Part shown: in pieces, positions 63,396 to 64,000 of the stretch | Layout: every line of letters begins with the position of its first letter | Position numbering within the stretch: position 1 is the stretch's first letter | Assembly (NCBI GenBank): GCA_000004985.1 | Contig: GG738921.1 | Source: Naegleria gruberi | Taxonomy: Eukaryota | Direction: 5' to 3' (one strand) | DNA: 64,000 nucleotides | Program-made: the position numbers and the translations under genes | The notes under the pieces: generated by a model | Told to the model about the DNA's origin: nothing | Seen by the model: the letters and a program-made list of their open reading frames with translations, nothing else | Databases searched by the model: none

Positions 63396-64000
63396 TAATT
63401 TTTTATTTTTGTCCATTTTCCATCGACCTTTTCACGAGTCTTTGATGTATTTTTCATCCTTCAAGTTTGCTCCTTAATTATTAGTACATTTATGAGAAAT
63501 GAATATTTAAATTGATTTTAAATTGTAAAAAAATATTTCTAATAATTTCTTCTTGATTGTTCTCGTCTAATAATCCTTGACCAAGAATTCTTTCCATCTA
63601 TTTGCAAACCTAAATTCATTCTATCATGTAATATTGCTCTATTTCATTGTACTTATTCAAGAAGTTTCACTCATTTCAGGCATTAGGAAGATTTCTAATA
63701 TCAATGGCAATATTATATTGTTTCGAACCCTTTTTGGCTAATTCATCAACATGTCCTTTTACCTTTTCCAATTTAATTTCCAAATATTGTTCTATCAAAT
63801 TCATCTTTAAAAATTGAAAATTTCCCATCATATCTTGGATTTAGAAATAACATAATGAAGGAGAAAGCAAAAAGAAAAAACTTGTGGCAGAGAAACGATA
63901 ACTATGGACTTGGAACATTGCAATCACGATTTGGTTGTAAATCTATTCATTCAAACATCCTGCTTCCTCTTATTCCTCTTCTGCTTCCTCTTCTCTATTG

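Noticed and set aside
1-64000. Using the 'M' start coordinates from the supplied six-frame track.
   Set aside because: Many supplied ORFs begin at TTG, GTG or CTG, for example 127, 471, 15789..16235, 24351, 28814 and 32948. Starts were reassigned to the first in-frame ATG, or treated as internal exons.
1-64000. Assigning the window to Dictyostelium discoideum, and scanning for rRNA, large transposons or organellar DNA.
   Set aside because: Codon usage is frequent in ctc/gtg/ccc/ggc, and coding AT is roughly 62-65%, which is too GC-rich for D. discoideum. Gene content fits a free-living amoeboid protist generally. No rRNA, LTR/ORF-bearing element or organelle-type gene was seen.

Overview
This 64-kb window is AT-rich nuclear DNA from an intron-containing eukaryote. 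Genes are compact, roughly one per 1.4 kb, on both strands. Introns are short (about 50-300 nt), with GTAAGT-like donors and (T/A)AG acceptors. TAA, TAG and TGA all terminate genes, so there is no stop-codon reassignment. Encoded proteins carry N/Q/S-rich low-complexity tracts. The gene content is dominated by a signalling toolkit: RGS proteins, a 7TM-RGS, a receptor-type class III cyclase, F-box proteins, RCC1, START, C2 and Arf/Ras GTPases. Together this suggests a free-living protist, amoebozoan- or heterolobosean-like; the organism cannot be fixed from sequence alone. Coding GC looks too high for Dictyostelium discoideum itself.

I find about 45 protein-coding genes. Recognisable products include the cytosolic Phe-tRNA synthetase beta subunit, an ABCB half-transporter, a ZnT/CDF zinc transporter, two MDR-type dehydrogenases, two actin-related proteins, an intron-containing histone H3 variant, two MFS transporters, a DUF4116 repeat protein and a phage T4 Rnl2-like RNA ligase. 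There are three intact tRNA genes: Tyr-GTA with a 14-nt intron, Gly-TCC and Arg-CCT. Two tRNA-Gly(GCC) copies are broken. One has lost exactly the anticodon arm. The other is split by a 309-bp insertion flanked by a 7-bp target-site duplication.

The assembly is draft quality. It has three 50-N gaps and at least seven single-nucleotide frame breaks inside well-conserved coding regions, mostly at short A/T runs. These look like homopolymer indel errors rather than pseudogenes. The 'M' at the start of many entries in the supplied ORF track is actually TTG, GTG or CTG, so ORF 5' ends were re-derived. No rRNA, no CRISPR array and no large transposon is visible. Manually indexed coordinates for splice sites, tRNA ends and repeats may be off by 1-2 nt, because a few re-reads of the numbered sequence did not match the ORF-track anchors.
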